IMG/VR virus record: IMGVR_UViG_3300024999_000040
Span: 84,717-148,716 of that record
DNA from: a virus
DNA: 64,000 nt
Reading direction: 5' to 3' (one strand)
Position numbers and translations under genes: made by a program. A model generated the notes under the pieces. That model did not search any database and was not told the DNA's origin. It worked only from the letters and a program-made list of their open reading frames with translations. This document shows positions 23,025 to 34,219 of the stretch, in pieces. Within the stretch, counting starts at the first letter, position 1. Each line of letters begins with the position of its first letter.

Positions 23025-23539
23025 TTTTATACCTCTTTATTTTTTACACTTTTCATAGTTCCAGTGTTCACAAGGAACGTCATAAGATTTTTCATCCATC
23101 AAATCAAGTATTTTTTGTGCTAGATTTTTAGGAGTTATCCAATATGACATTTCAGGAGGCAATTCACCTCTATTGTTTTTCACATTGTCAGTAATAACAA
23201 AGTCTTTTTCATAAGTATCGTAACTATCATAACTAGGTGTTTTATCTGTCTTTAATATTCCTTCTAATGCATCTCTTAAATAATCGACATGTAACCAACC
23301 TGCAACAAGTTTACGTGACTTCACTTGCCTATTTAAATCCCATAACTGTGTGCTTTTATGATTTATTTCTGAATATATTGGTTTAATACTTTTCATAAGA
23401 TTTTCAAATGTCTTATTCAGTTCATTTAATTGTACTATAAATTCATCAATCTGAGAATATAATTCTTCTGGACTAATTTGATTGTTTTGATCTTCCATTT
23501 TTACTCCTTTCAAGTGAATAAAATCTGGTGTTCATAGAC

Positions 23540-24004
23540 TTATCTTAACACTAATAAATAAAACATATATCCAAAGTAACTTAAATATATAGTACTTGTG
23601 ATAAATCCTTTGACTGTAAATCTTTTCATATCATCAAGAGCAACTTCATATCTCACTCTTCCTTCATCAGTTTTCAAATCACACTTTGGCTTATTGTTTC
23701 TGTTAAATACAAATGTACTAAACAATAAGTAAAATATTGTAAATATAGTAGGATATTTGTAAATATCTACACCAAAGGCATTTACTAGGTATATACCCTC
23801 TGCAATAATTAAAAGCAAAACTAATAACATTTTCCAACTAATTTTTAGTATTTCTTTTCCAATTGTTTCTTTCTCTTTTTCCTCAATTGTTTGTGCCTGT
23901 TTTAATGTTAGTTCTCCATGCTTCTTCATTATATCAAAGAATAAATTTCCTCTAACCAATGAAGCCGCATAATATGTAATAAATACTACTGTCCAAAATA
24001 TCAT
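23540..24004 (-). CDS. Multi-pass membrane protein
   Basis: About four hydrophobic segments. Confidence 0.6.
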   Translation of the reverse strand: MIFWTVVFITYYAASLVRGNLFFDIMKKHGELTLKQAQTIEEKEKETIGKEILKISWKMLLVLLLIIAEGIYLVNAFGVDIYKYPTIFTIFYLLFSTFVFNRNNKPKCDLKTDEGRVRYEVALDDMKRFTVKGFITSTIYLSYFGYMFYLLVLR

Positions 24005-24015
24005 AATTTTCTCCT

Positions 24016-24481
24016 TTACTCCTGCATCTCAAATTCAACGTTACATTCACCACAAATAATATTCTTATCTGCTTTAGCCTTTATCTTTTCTTCACATTGA
24101 GGACAAATGTATGTGAATTGTGTTTTCTCTTTAGGTGTACTTTCTTTTAACGGAGCATTCCTAAAATAAGAGAAACATTCCATATTTAACTTTATACTTT
24201 CATCAATGAAAGCCTTAAATTCTTCTGAACACGTTGTATGACCAAATCCATACTTCTTACTCTTGTCAACTATTAATCCTACAGCTTCAGCAGCCTTTTT
24301 AAACTTTTTATTATGTACTTGACCATTACAATCCTTAATCTCTGCTATTTTGTTAGCGTAGTGTACCATTTCATGTTGTAGCGTACATACTATCTCATAT
24401 CCATCTCTGCTGAGATATTCAGCACACATATGTAATTTCATACCACATATCTTCTGAAGAATCTAGTAAATATAATTTCAT
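24016..24481 (-). pseudogene. SprT-like zinc metalloprotease, 5'-truncated or frameshifted
   Basis: HEMVH and HNKKFK plus C-terminal CPQC/CGEC; the RBS-linked ATG at 24481 is out of frame (YEIT|MCAEYL needs a 1-nt shift). Confidence 0.55.
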
Positions 24482-24933
24482 ATATTAATCCTCATCCTCT
24501 ACTATATCTATTTTATTTACTGTTTCAGGAGTCAACCCTATACCCATTAGAAAATTCTTAAATTCATCAACTAAGAATTCTAAAGAAGTTTTATCCATAA
24601 ATACTGCATCGGTAAAAGTTTTTGTAATTCTACTTTCTTGACCAAATTCATCAGTATAGGCAAAATCTGTTTTTATAATATTTTCTTCCATTATTATTTC
24701 TCCTTTCAGGCATCAACTATCATATTGATATTCTGGAGTACAAATAAATCTGTAACTATATTCTTGTTCTTTTATTTCAAAAATTATTCTAGTTGCATCT
24801 CTATATTTGTCTCTTAGTATATCAAAGACTAATTTACAAACTTCTTTATCATCCATATTTTCAATTTCTATTCTTATTTCATCTTTCATATCATGTTTAT
24901 AAATATTATTTGAACAATCAATTTGTACCATAA

Positions 24934-25893
24934 TTATTCTCCTTTAACAATTTTAAACATTTCATCAATTGTTCCTAATAACTCATATCTATTTAAAGAA
25001 GTGGAATTCTTAGCAAAATCTTCTTTTACCAAATCTATATACATTGTAAATTGACCATCATCTCCCATATAAAATTCATTCCATTCTTCGGTTGTGAATA
25101 GCCTTCTTATATTCAATTGTTCTAATGCTAGATTATCAAAACTAACCACCTCGAAAGAAGCAATGATTTTATGCATATTATCATAAATAGATTTCTGATT
25201 TTTTACTATATTATCTTCATTATTTCCTTTGTACTCATGACCTCTTCTTAAATCTTTATATCCTAATATTAAAAGTTTATATCCTTTATTCGATAATTTC
25301 ATAATACTATCAAAAGAATGAATTCCATTAATAACATGAATTACTGTATTCTTCTTATATTCATTTACTTCTCCATCATCATATATATCTAAAGTAAATA
25401 TTCTTTCTAATTCTTCGGCATCTCCATTATAAGATATACCAACTCCATATACTTCTTTATGCTTCATCCAATGAAAAATATCATAAACATTTTGAGATTT
25501 AAAATAATTTTCTTTACCATTAAAGTTCATAAATTCACCAGTTAGATGATTTTGATTAACAGTTATATTTGCTATAATCCCCTTACTCTTACACCATTTT
25601 AAGAACATATATAAATCTTTATTCTCAAAAATATTCCCTCCACCTATAGCAAGTTCCGTTCCTGCTCTTAGTGAGTATAAAAATTCATGATTAAAATTTG
25701 CATTTTTACCATCTGGAGTAGAATTTTCATGACAAAAAGCACAGCCCATATCACACTTATCAGAAATTTTAATATCAATATTTTCAGGAAAAGAAGATAT
25801 GAATTTATCCTCGTTGTTTTCCCTTATTTTTGTTCCATCATCATAAAGTTTTACAGAATAATTTCCATTTATGTATTCATGAAGTAAATTCAT
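24934..25893 (-). CDS. Radical SAM protein
   Basis: CDMGCAFC (CxxxCxxC), ELAIGGGN, NITVN. Confidence 0.9.
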   Translation of the reverse strand: MNLLHEYINGNYSVKLYDDGTKIRENNEDKFISSFPENIDIKISDKCDMGCAFCHENSTPDGKNANFNHEFLYSLRAGTELAIGGGNIFENKDLYMFLKWCKSKGIIANITVNQNHLTGEFMNFNGKENYFKSQNVYDIFHWMKHKEVYGVGISYNGDAEELERIFTLDIYDDGEVNEYKKNTVIHVINGIHSFDSIMKLSNKGYKLLILGYKDLRRGHEYKGNNEDNIVKNQKSIYDNMHKIIASFEVVSFDNLALEQLNIRRLFTTEEWNEFYMGDDGQFTMYIDLVKEDFAKNSTSLNRYELLGTIDEMFKIVKGE

Positions 25894-25916
25894 ATCTCTT
25901 ATCTCCTTTTTCTTAA

Positions 25917-26210
25917 TTAACCATCATATCCAAAATAACCAAATGCTACTACTTCGTCACCGCTTTTAGTAGTAAAAGATTGTGAAAATTCTTCATAATC
26001 TCTTCCGTAATTTTCAAAAGTACATAAATCACTCCACTTATGTTCCTTTTTATACTTATCTAATTCATCAATTGGTACGAAAATATTTTCGTCTTTATCA
26101 AGTAATACTTCACCTTTCTTCCATTTTAAGTAATCTTCCTTTGCAACAATAGAAAGACTATGAGTAGAACTACTATTTGTTTCAAAAATACTTCTTCTAA
26201 TTTGAATCAT
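25917..26210 (-). CDS. Hypothetical protein with N-terminal RRSxFETNSSSxHS motif
   Basis: IRRSIFETNSSSTHSL. Confidence 0.75.
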   Translation of the reverse strand: MIQIRRSIFETNSSSTHSLSIVAKEDYLKWKKGEVLLDKDENIFVPIDELDKYKKEHKWSDLCTFENYGRDYEEFSQSFTTKSGDEVVAFGYFGYDG

Positions 26211-26225
26211 ATGTAACCTCCTTTC

Positions 26226-26693
26226 TTAGTGATTATCGTTGTCAATGATTATAAAATATTTATCATTGAAAACGATATCTCTCATATTATTTTTAAATTC
26301 TTCTTTGTTTTCAGACCAGACATCATCAAGAATATCTGTAGATTGATGATCTATGTAACCATCTTTATACCACTCATCATTTTTATCATATGGCTCATAA
26401 ACCAATTCACTACCAGTATAATCTTTAAACATTTCAGAAAGCCATTGAAAAAATCTACTCTCTGCTATTTCCTCACTAGAATCTTTGTATTGAATCATTG
26501 TAGCAATATAATTTAGTTTTTCTAGTGGAGAAGAAAGATTGTCTCCTGACCATCCATATTCGTCTGAACTAACTGTTACAGATTTACCAAATTTATATAT
26601 ACCCATTCTATCTTTACCTACCATTGCCAAACTGTGCATTGAACTTGAATTTGTTTCAAATACGCTTCTTCTTATTACTGTCTTCATTTTCAA
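26226..26693 (-). CDS. Hypothetical protein with N-terminal RRSxFETNSSSxHS motif
   Basis: IRRSVFETNSSSMHSL; GYIDHQS. Confidence 0.75.
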   Translation of the reverse strand: MKMKTVIRRSVFETNSSSMHSLAMVGKDRMGIYKFGKSVTVSSDEYGWSGDNLSSPLEKLNYIATMIQYKDSSEEIAESRFFQWLSEMFKDYTGSELVYEPYDKNDEWYKDGYIDHQSTDILDDVWSENKEEFKNNMRDIVFNDKYFIIIDNDNH

Positions 26694-26746
26694 TTTACCT
26701 TTCTTTTATTATTATATTTTTTATATTGCCCTTTAAAATTATCAAT

Positions 26747-27379
26747 TTAAATACTTAATTTACTAAAATAATCTAAATTACTAATAAATTTAATGATCTT
26801 ATCATTTTCAAAAACTACAAATTCTGTAACAAGCTTTTCTTGCTTTGATAAATCTGCATCTTCATATTCTTCTGTATTTTTATTATAGCTTCCAAACCAA
26901 TTTTCTACTCCATCATCACAACTGGTATTCTTCCAAATAAAGTATGGATATTCATTTTCATCTAATTTCAATATTTCATCAGCAATTTCATTAAATATTT
27001 CAATAATATGTTGCTGCTTTAATGGATATTCTCCGTCAGTATGTTTATTAAATTCTACATTTTGTGCTGCAAATCTACGAATACTCGCTGCTATTATTTG
27101 CTTGTCATTGGTAAAGAAAACTTGCTGATTACTTAATTCCCAACAAACTCTATCAGGTGTATTTTGACAATTGTTAACTTTATTATTTAATGGATTGAAA
27201 AGACTACCATCTGATATTAAACTCTTTTTATATCCAAATGGAGTTTCTATTAATCCTCTTATATATTTGTCTGATAATATACCCCATATTATAGGACTAA
27301 ACAACCACGAATTTCCAAATTCTAAAATTTCGCTACCATTAAAATTTTTATCCATAACCCATAAACTACTTGTACTCAT
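26747..27379 (-). CDS. Hypothetical protein
   Basis: 210-aa ORF with AAGGAG RBS. Confidence 0.65.
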   Translation of the reverse strand: MSTSSLWVMDKNFNGSEILEFGNSWLFSPIIWGILSDKYIRGLIETPFGYKKSLISDGSLFNPLNNKVNNCQNTPDRVCWELSNQQVFFTNDKQIIAASIRRFAAQNVEFNKHTDGEYPLKQQHIIEIFNEIADEILKLDENEYPYFIWKNTSCDDGVENWFGSYNKNTEEYEDADLSKQEKLVTEFVVFENDKIIKFISNLDYFSKLSI

Positions 27380-27749
27380 ATTCCTTCTCCTTTAATTTAC
27401 CACATGAAATTTGTGTTTTATTGTTTTTCATTCCATTTTTCAAATTGTTGTAGCATATCCAAGCTATGATAACAATCCATTGGTACTTTTAAAGGTTCAC
27501 TCTGATCATACCATTTATCTACTTGTAAACTTTTGTGTGAATTTCTCATACAAAAACAACAAGGTCTTTCACCACTAGGTATTCCAGGAAAGTCTGTGCC
27601 TTCTACCAATTTACCATCTGTATATGTACAATAAGCTGCTGAATGAGAACAACCATAGCATATTAATGGTTGATTGTTTTCATCTTTGACACAATCATTT
27701 AATCTTTTTAAAATATCACTCATATATTACCTCAACTTTTCTATCTATT

Positions 27750-27778
27750 ATTATATCACCTTAGTTAACCAAAGTCAA
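27750..27778 (-). promoter_or_regulatory. sigmaA promoter with TTAACTAA spacer motif
   Basis: TTGACT-ttggttaactaaggtga-TATAAT. Confidence 0.8.
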
Positions 27779-28069
27779 TTGTTTCCATAAATATTCTTAG
27801 TTCCATCAATTACATTCTTAATTTCTTTTAACTGTGTAGCTAATATGTATGTCGTATTTGTAGAATCATCTATACCAAAGATTACAATACCCTCAGAATC
27901 CTCGTATACACTCATTCTTAGCTGTTTATTGTGTAGATCGCTCCAGTGAATTGTTTGAATATCTTTTTTTGAAAAAAATAAATTACTCATAATTATACCT
28001 TTCTTATAGTTATTATGTATAAAAGTTATTTTTAGAAATATACTATATGTGCATATAACTACACAATAC

Positions 28070-28134
28070 ATTAATGGCATCTATTATAGTATGATTTGGG
28101 GTGGGTGGTAGGACTTTAATTAGGTGTCATTAAT
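28070..28134 (+). ncRNA. Candidate small RNA hairpin with G-rich loop
   Basis: ATTAATGGCATCTA/TAGGTGTCATTAAT stem (G-U pairs favour the + strand); loop contains GGGGTGGGTGG. Confidence 0.35.
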
Positions 28135-28842
28135 TATGTAAAAATTTAAAACACATTGAAATGCATCATTCGTGGTCTTACTTCTTTTCATCAAAATAAA
28201 CACTATACCACCAACGATTTAATCTCTTGATATTTAATTTAAAATTCTTTTGAATGTAAATATTCTCTTTTAATAATTCAAGAATATTTTCTCTTACTTT
28301 CACTTTTAATCCAACAACTAAAGGATGTGCAAAAACCCTATCCTTATTTTCTTTACCTTGAATTATTGTTAACTGATAAAACGTATTGTCTGGTTGATTA
28401 GGATTTGCTAAATCATAGCTAAGAATATGTTCTTTATCCATTATAATTACCTGAAAATTCATTAATATCTACAGGAAAACTTCCTATATCTTCAGTCATA
28501 AAAATGTCTGCACCACATAAATATTCTTCCTTCATTTCATCCAAGTCAAAATCATAAGTCTTAGCCAACTTAGTAAAATGTTTTATTCTACTATAACCCT
28601 GATTTAAGGTATGACCTTCTTCAACTAATTTACCGTTTATGTATAGACCTTCCCAATCGTCTGAAATTAATAATATTGCCTTGTTCATGGTTGACCCTTC
28701 CTTATGTTAAAAAATTCATTCAACTCTCTACTTAGTAATAATTGGATATTCATTGGAATACTAAAAGATTCGCTTCTCATACAATTATCAGGTAAAGATA
28801 CATAAGCATATTCTCTTCCTAATTTTAATTCTAATGTTGGGT

Positions 28843-29955
28843 CTAGTTTACACAATTCGGACAAAATTTTTGCAAATTATCATAATTTAAATCATAATAC
28901 TTACTATTAAAATCATATACATCATAAGGAATACCATAGGCAACATCAAACATTCCCAAAAAACCTGAATTTGAATTTCCTTTTGACCAATAAGACCCTG
29001 CAAGAGAAGTATATCCTAAAAATTTTTCGGCTTTTGGGGCATAATAGATACCATATCCAAAAAGTTTACCTGTAACTACTGCATTTGGTCTTAATACTAA
29101 ACCTGTATTAATTATTGACCAAAAATTCTCTGACTTCGACCCATGGAATAATAATTTACAATTCTTTATACTATTATTGTTTACAAAATCATCAAACTTC
29201 TTTTGTGTTTTTAAATTAATAACTTTCCATGCTTGATAAAATTTATTGTTGCACGAACCTAACTGAGTTTTTATTATATCTCTTTCTTTATCAGATATTT
29301 CTTCAAACTTTAATCCCATAGTATCTAAAATTGTTTGAGTTGGAACATATGTATCTTCCACAACTTCATCGGTTAAGGACTGTTGAACTACTTGACCTTT
29401 CATAACATCAAGTAGGTCTTGTTCACTTTGAATTATTTTTCCAAAATCATTTTTATCACAGGCAAGATAATCTTTTACCTTACCCATCTTTCTAGGAATG
29501 ATTCTAAATAATTCTAATAGAGTTTTATTAAACAATTCAAGATTTTCAGTTTTTATTAAATTATTTAATGTCATTTGTGCTTCTGTGACCATATTAATTG
29601 TACAGGCATTTGAAGATATTGTATAATTATCTGCTATTACTTGTTTAGCCATTGCTTGTAATCTTTGAACTATTTGAGCAATAGAAGGATTAGAAATATC
29701 TACGTATTCTTTTTTCTTTTGCTTTGTAATTGTTTCTGCAACTAATCTGGTTTGATCATGATATCCTTTTTTCAACTTTTCATTAAGTTTTTTATCCCAT
29801 TGTGATATTGGATACTGTGCTGTTTGATATCCAGTTGCACCAACTCTACCATATTGAACGGTAAACGAATTTTCATCTGGATTTGGTATAAGACGATAAT
29901 ATTTGTTATTGTTTGCATCTGCTTCTACCATAACTAAATATAATGAGTTTTCCAT
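28843..29955 (-). pseudogene. WGR-domain PARP-like ADP-ribosyltransferase, C-terminally truncated
   Basis: NNNKYY...YGRVG (WGR); LLFHGS, GKLFGYGIYYA; ends at QKFCPNCVN before the expected catalytic Glu strand. Confidence 0.75.
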
Positions 29956-29956
29956 A

Positions 29957-31930
29957 TTAAGCCATCCTTCCTATCATATCATTAAAAGATGCTTCAGTAA
30001 TGATTGGTATATTTAAATCCTTTGCAGCCTTATTCTTTCCTGAAGTAGATGTAATGTCATTATTGATTAAAAAATTTGTCTTACTGGAAACACTTCCGTT
30101 CAGTTTGCCATTAAGTGAAAGTATTAAATCTTCAAGTTCTTTACGATTCTTAAATGTTTTCACATCTCCTGTTACAACAAATGCAATTCCTGTAAGGTCT
30201 TTAAAACCTGTGGACTTCTTTTCTTCTGGTTTATTTATAGTAACATATTCCAACAACTCTTTAACCTGATTCATATTGTCCTGATTCTGAAAATATTCAT
30301 AAACAGCATAAGCGGTAATCAAACCAAAATCAGCAATACCAGTGAAATTATGATGAGATTTAGTTGCTTCTAAGAAAGCGTTTATATCGTTTTTAAAGTG
30401 CTTCGCTAGTCTCTTACTTCCTCCGACTCCAATTTTCGGAATACCAAGAGCATAAATAAAGTTTTCAAACTTAACTGTCTTAGAATTCTCAATTGCTTCT
30501 ATGAGTTTGGAATAACTTCTCAAACCAAATCCTTCTGTATGGATAATATCCATCTTATATCTTTCAATCCTATAAATATCAGCAAATGTTTCTATCCAAC
30601 CGTTATTGATGAAAGTCTCAATTCCTGCATCTGATAGTCCATCAATGTTCATTGCTTCCTTACTGACAAAATGAACAAACTTATTTACCAACTTGGAAGA
30701 ACAATCCTCATTCTCACAAAATAAAAATCTTGCCTCTTTAGGTCTTTTTATAACCAAATCACTACCGCATGAAGGACAATGCATATCTATCTTATATGTT
30801 CCTGAACGAGTTAAATTATCTTCAATCTGAGGGATCACGGCATTGGCTCGATACACTGTTACAATATCCCCTACACCTAACTGTAAAGATTCAAATATAT
30901 CATAGTTATGCAAACTTGCTCTTGATACTTTTACTCCATCAATGTCCACTTCTTGAAATAATCCTGTAATTGAAGTCATACCTGTACGAGTAGTATTTAA
31001 TTCAACTCCTATGAATGATGTTTCGCTAGAATCATCCTGCCATTTCAAAGCAAACATATTTTTAGTATGATGCCCTGTAGAGCCTTGTGATTTTCCATAA
31101 GCAATATCATTAAATTCAACAATAAGTCCATCAGTAAGATATGGTAAAGCAGGTAATTTTTCTTTAAAACTTTCTATACCTCCAATGATACTAATAATAT
31201 CTACTAATATAGCTTCTACTACTTCAAATCCTCTATCTTTTAGAAATTGTAATTGCTCCCTTTTAGTTAAAAGTAAATCAAAATCACATTTAACTATTCC
31301 AAAAGCAATAAATATTAAGTTTCTATCTTTTGTAATATTAGCATCCAACTGTCTGACACTTCCCGAAGCCAAATTCCTAGGACTGGAATATGTTTCTTCA
31401 CCTTTAACAATAAGTTCAGTATTTATTCTCTCAAACTCTTTAAATGCTACCAAACCTTCTCCACGAATTTCAAGATAACCATCATAGTCAATCCAAAGTG
31501 GGACATTCGTGAACTTCATAACAGTGTGTGTCACATCTTCGCCTTCTTCGCCTCCACCTCTGGTTATAACTTGCTGCAATTTACCTTTATTGTAACGAAG
31601 AACAAGAGTAAGACCGTCCAACTTCCAAGACAATACACATTCTTGATTATTCATGAATTTGATAACATCATTAATATCTTTTGATTTCTCGGCAGACAAC
31701 ATAGGCTCAGTATGAGTAACTTTTTTCAAATAATCTACTACTTCTCCCTGAACTTTCTGCGTTGGTGAATTTGATAGAATATAACCTGTTTCTGCTTCAA
31801 GTTCACAAAGATTATTATAGTAAGAGTCATACTCTTTGTCGGATATTTCAGGTTTATCTTTTGTATAATATTTTTTTGAATGATAATTACACAGTCTCAC
31901 GAGTTCTTTAATTTTTTCAATTTTACTCAT
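29957..31930 (-). CDS. ligA: NAD-dependent DNA ligase
   Basis: SWKLDG, EIRGE, PRNLASG, DGLIV, ALKW, CPSC zinc finger, C-terminal BRCT. Confidence 0.97.
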   Translation of the reverse strand: MSKIEKIKELVRLCNYHSKKYYTKDKPEISDKEYDSYYNNLCELEAETGYILSNSPTQKVQGEVVDYLKKVTHTEPMLSAEKSKDINDVIKFMNNQECVLSWKLDGLTLVLRYNKGKLQQVITRGGGEEGEDVTHTVMKFTNVPLWIDYDGYLEIRGEGLVAFKEFERINTELIVKGEETYSSPRNLASGSVRQLDANITKDRNLIFIAFGIVKCDFDLLLTKREQLQFLKDRGFEVVEAILVDIISIIGGIESFKEKLPALPYLTDGLIVEFNDIAYGKSQGSTGHHTKNMFALKWQDDSSETSFIGVELNTTRTGMTSITGLFQEVDIDGVKVSRASLHNYDIFESLQLGVGDIVTVYRANAVIPQIEDNLTRSGTYKIDMHCPSCGSDLVIKRPKEARFLFCENEDCSSKLVNKFVHFVSKEAMNIDGLSDAGIETFINNGWIETFADIYRIERYKMDIIHTEGFGLRSYSKLIEAIENSKTVKFENFIYALGIPKIGVGGSKRLAKHFKNDINAFLEATKSHHNFTGIADFGLITAYAVYEYFQNQDNMNQVKELLEYVTINKPEEKKSTGFKDLTGIAFVVTGDVKTFKNRKELEDLILSLNGKLNGSVSSKTNFLINNDITSTSGKNKAAKDLNIPIITEASFNDMIGRMA

Positions 31931-32831
31931 TATTTTCTCCTTTTATATTTATCTTTTTATTATTTCTTCTTTCATCTGAACTCTCTAATACTTATCTTGA
32001 ACTCCGTATTTTTCTTCTATTTGTTCAGTTCTCAAAAAGCAATTATCTTTTCCTAATTCAATATCAAATTTTGAATAACATTCCTGAGTACAATTTTGTA
32101 ATAATAACTGACATCTTAACCACCTATTCACGTTCATTCTATCGGAACAATAATCCAAATAATTTAAAAATGAATTATACATTTTCAAATAATTTTCAAA
32201 CTTATCTAAGTCTTTTGTTTCACACCAAATATCAGTAAGTCTATTTGGTAAATCATTATAACTTAAAAAATATTTTTCTGACATTAGTTTCCATAAACAT
32301 TCTACTTCTTTTAAAATGTAATAATCATTTAGATCATCATTAAGTTTAAAATTTTCAAGACTATTAATAAATTCTTCCCATTGCTCGTATGTAATTTCTA
32401 TCTTCTTTTTCATTGTAAAAAAAAATCCTCCAATCTACATAAAATGTTTTATTTACTCTTTATAAAAGTAATTTTATTATTCATACTTTCAATTTCATAA
32501 CCTAATTCAGCACATGCTATCTCCTGAACTATTGTTTGATCGAAATAAAAAGTATCATATCCAATACTATTTAGGTACTGTAACATTTCATCAAGTGTCA
32601 TTCTATTCTTTAACATAAAAATTTCTCCTTCAAATGCCCATTTTATTTATATAATCCAAGTTTTTTGCATTCTTCTCTCATAAAAGCATGTTGTCTTTTA
32701 CTTAATCCATAATAACCAAATACTAAAAAGTCATCGTAAGTTCTATTAATTTCCTTATTAATAAAATAATTCTTAATCATTTTTATCATTTTTTTATTCC
32801 CTCTCAATGAAACATCTATTTCGTTGTCTTT

Positions 32832-33437
32832 TTATCCAGCACTTTTAAACACTTTTTCATGTACATAATCTGCTTCAGTTATTACTTTTTTAATAATTTC
32901 ATATATATTACTCTTGCTACAACCTTTAATTTCTGCCATTTCTAAAGGTGTTTTCTTTTGTAAAATATATTCAAATATTTCTCTGTTTCTACCTTTAAGT
33001 ATTTCACGCAATTTTATAATTACTTTTTGATTATAAGTAGTATCAATAATATTTGTATAGCAACCTTTATCTTTAAGAACATCTATTATCCTATCACCGT
33101 TTATTTGATTTCTTGATACAGGAGTATAAATAGAAATTACGTTCTTATCATACATTTTTATTTTATTTCTCGTAACCTTCATTTTCTTTAGTATCATTGA
33201 CCTAATACAAATATAAGCCAATGTAGAAAATTTACAGTTCTTAGATTCATCATATCGTTTCATTGCATCATACAAACCCAACATGCCTTCTTGAACAAAA
33301 TCTTCCTCATCATATGTATTGATAATACTTGGATATGTTTTTCTTAAAACTTTCTTAACCAAGTTTTTGTTTTCTTCAAGAAAATCATTTATTTTGTTTT
33401 TGTCTTGTAGTATTTCTTTAATGTTTATACTTTCCAT
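32832..33437 (-). CDS. Phage sigma70-family sigma factor (regions 2 and 4, sporulation-type size)
   Basis: EDFVQEGMLGLYDAMKRYD...KFSTLAYICI; C-terminal HTH EMAEIKGCSKSNIY. Confidence 0.85.
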   Translation of the reverse strand: MESINIKEILQDKNKINDFLEENKNLVKKVLRKTYPSIINTYDEEDFVQEGMLGLYDAMKRYDESKNCKFSTLAYICIRSMILKKMKVTRNKIKMYDKNVISIYTPVSRNQINGDRIIDVLKDKGCYTNIIDTTYNQKVIIKLREILKGRNREIFEYILQKKTPLEMAEIKGCSKSNIYEIIKKVITEADYVHEKVFKSAG

Positions 33438-33681
33438 TATTATCTCTCTTTCATAATCTTTTAATGTCCTAAATTATTTACTCTAAGTTTTTTAGTTTCG
33501 CTTTGCACGACTCAGGAAACAATCTATTATAGGAATTCCAATCGTGTCAAGAAATTCCATTGAAGGCGTAGTCCTAATACAATCCTATCTCGATTTCAGA
33601 TTATACCATTTAACTACTTTCTCATCTACCCAATAGCTGTACGCTTAGAGTAAATAATTTAAGATACTATATTTAGTTTTA

Positions 33682-33717
33682 TTGAAGGTTATTCAAGCGA
33701 TACCTACAAACGCTTTA
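33682..33717. repeat. 36-nt dispersed repeat, copy 1 (pseudoknot-like)
   Basis: TTGAAGGTTATTCAAGCGATACCTACAAACGCTTTA; 34/36 identical to 57744-57779. Confidence 0.85.
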
Positions 33718-33771
33718 GAAAGTTTAGCAGACTTTCTATCCCTGTTGCATGAATAAAATGGTATCCATTGC

Positions 33772-33846
33772 TGGCAGCCATTAATGGATTCGAACCACCG
33801 CATACAGGAGTCAAATTCCTGAGCCTTACCGCTTGGCTAAATGGCT
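33772..33846 (-). tRNA. tRNA-Gln(UUG)
   Basis: Cloverleaf: AGCCATT acceptor, AGCCAAGCGGTAAGGC D-arm, CAGGA-ATTTGAC-TCCTG, TTCGAAT T-loop, encoded CCA. Confidence 0.92.
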
Positions 33847-34136
33847 ATGTAATACGGTTAATCCACCCACCGTAAGGGAGTTGTCATCAACTCACATGGA
33901 ACAGTCTTATCATTCTACTGCCAAGTCGAGGTTTCTGTATCTGTATGCATCCAGTATACCAATTTTATCAAAACCACCCCACCCATAAGTGTTTTGACTA
34001 GATTATTTCTATTTAACACCAATGATTAAACAACCAAATATCATTGTGTTGTAGGTTCTTATACAGGTGATCTACATTACCTAACTCTGTATGCAAAGAG
34101 TTACCAGAAAGTTTTACCTTTATTACTTCCAAGTTT

Positions 34137-34213
34137 TGGTAGCTGTGATGGAATTCGAATCCATTCTTTCAGGTTTTTAAGACCTGTTCCTCTTCCTGTT
34201 GGGATACACAGCC
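34137..34213 (-). tRNA. tRNA-Leu(UAA) with short variable loop
   Basis: GGCTGTG/CACAGCT acceptor, CAGGT-CTTAAAA-ACCTG, 5-nt variable loop, ATGGA-TTCGAAT-TCCAT, A73, CCA. Confidence 0.88.
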
Positions 34214-34219
34214 ATATAA

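Noticed and set aside
27991-28080. N-terminal extension of ORF 27775-28080
   Set aside because: A better RBS (AAAGG) precedes the ATG at 27990; the upstream part looks non-coding
34137-34213. Ochre suppressor tRNA or alternative genetic code
   Set aside because: The loop CTTAAAA places TAA, not TTA, at positions 34-36, and long genes translate cleanly in code 11
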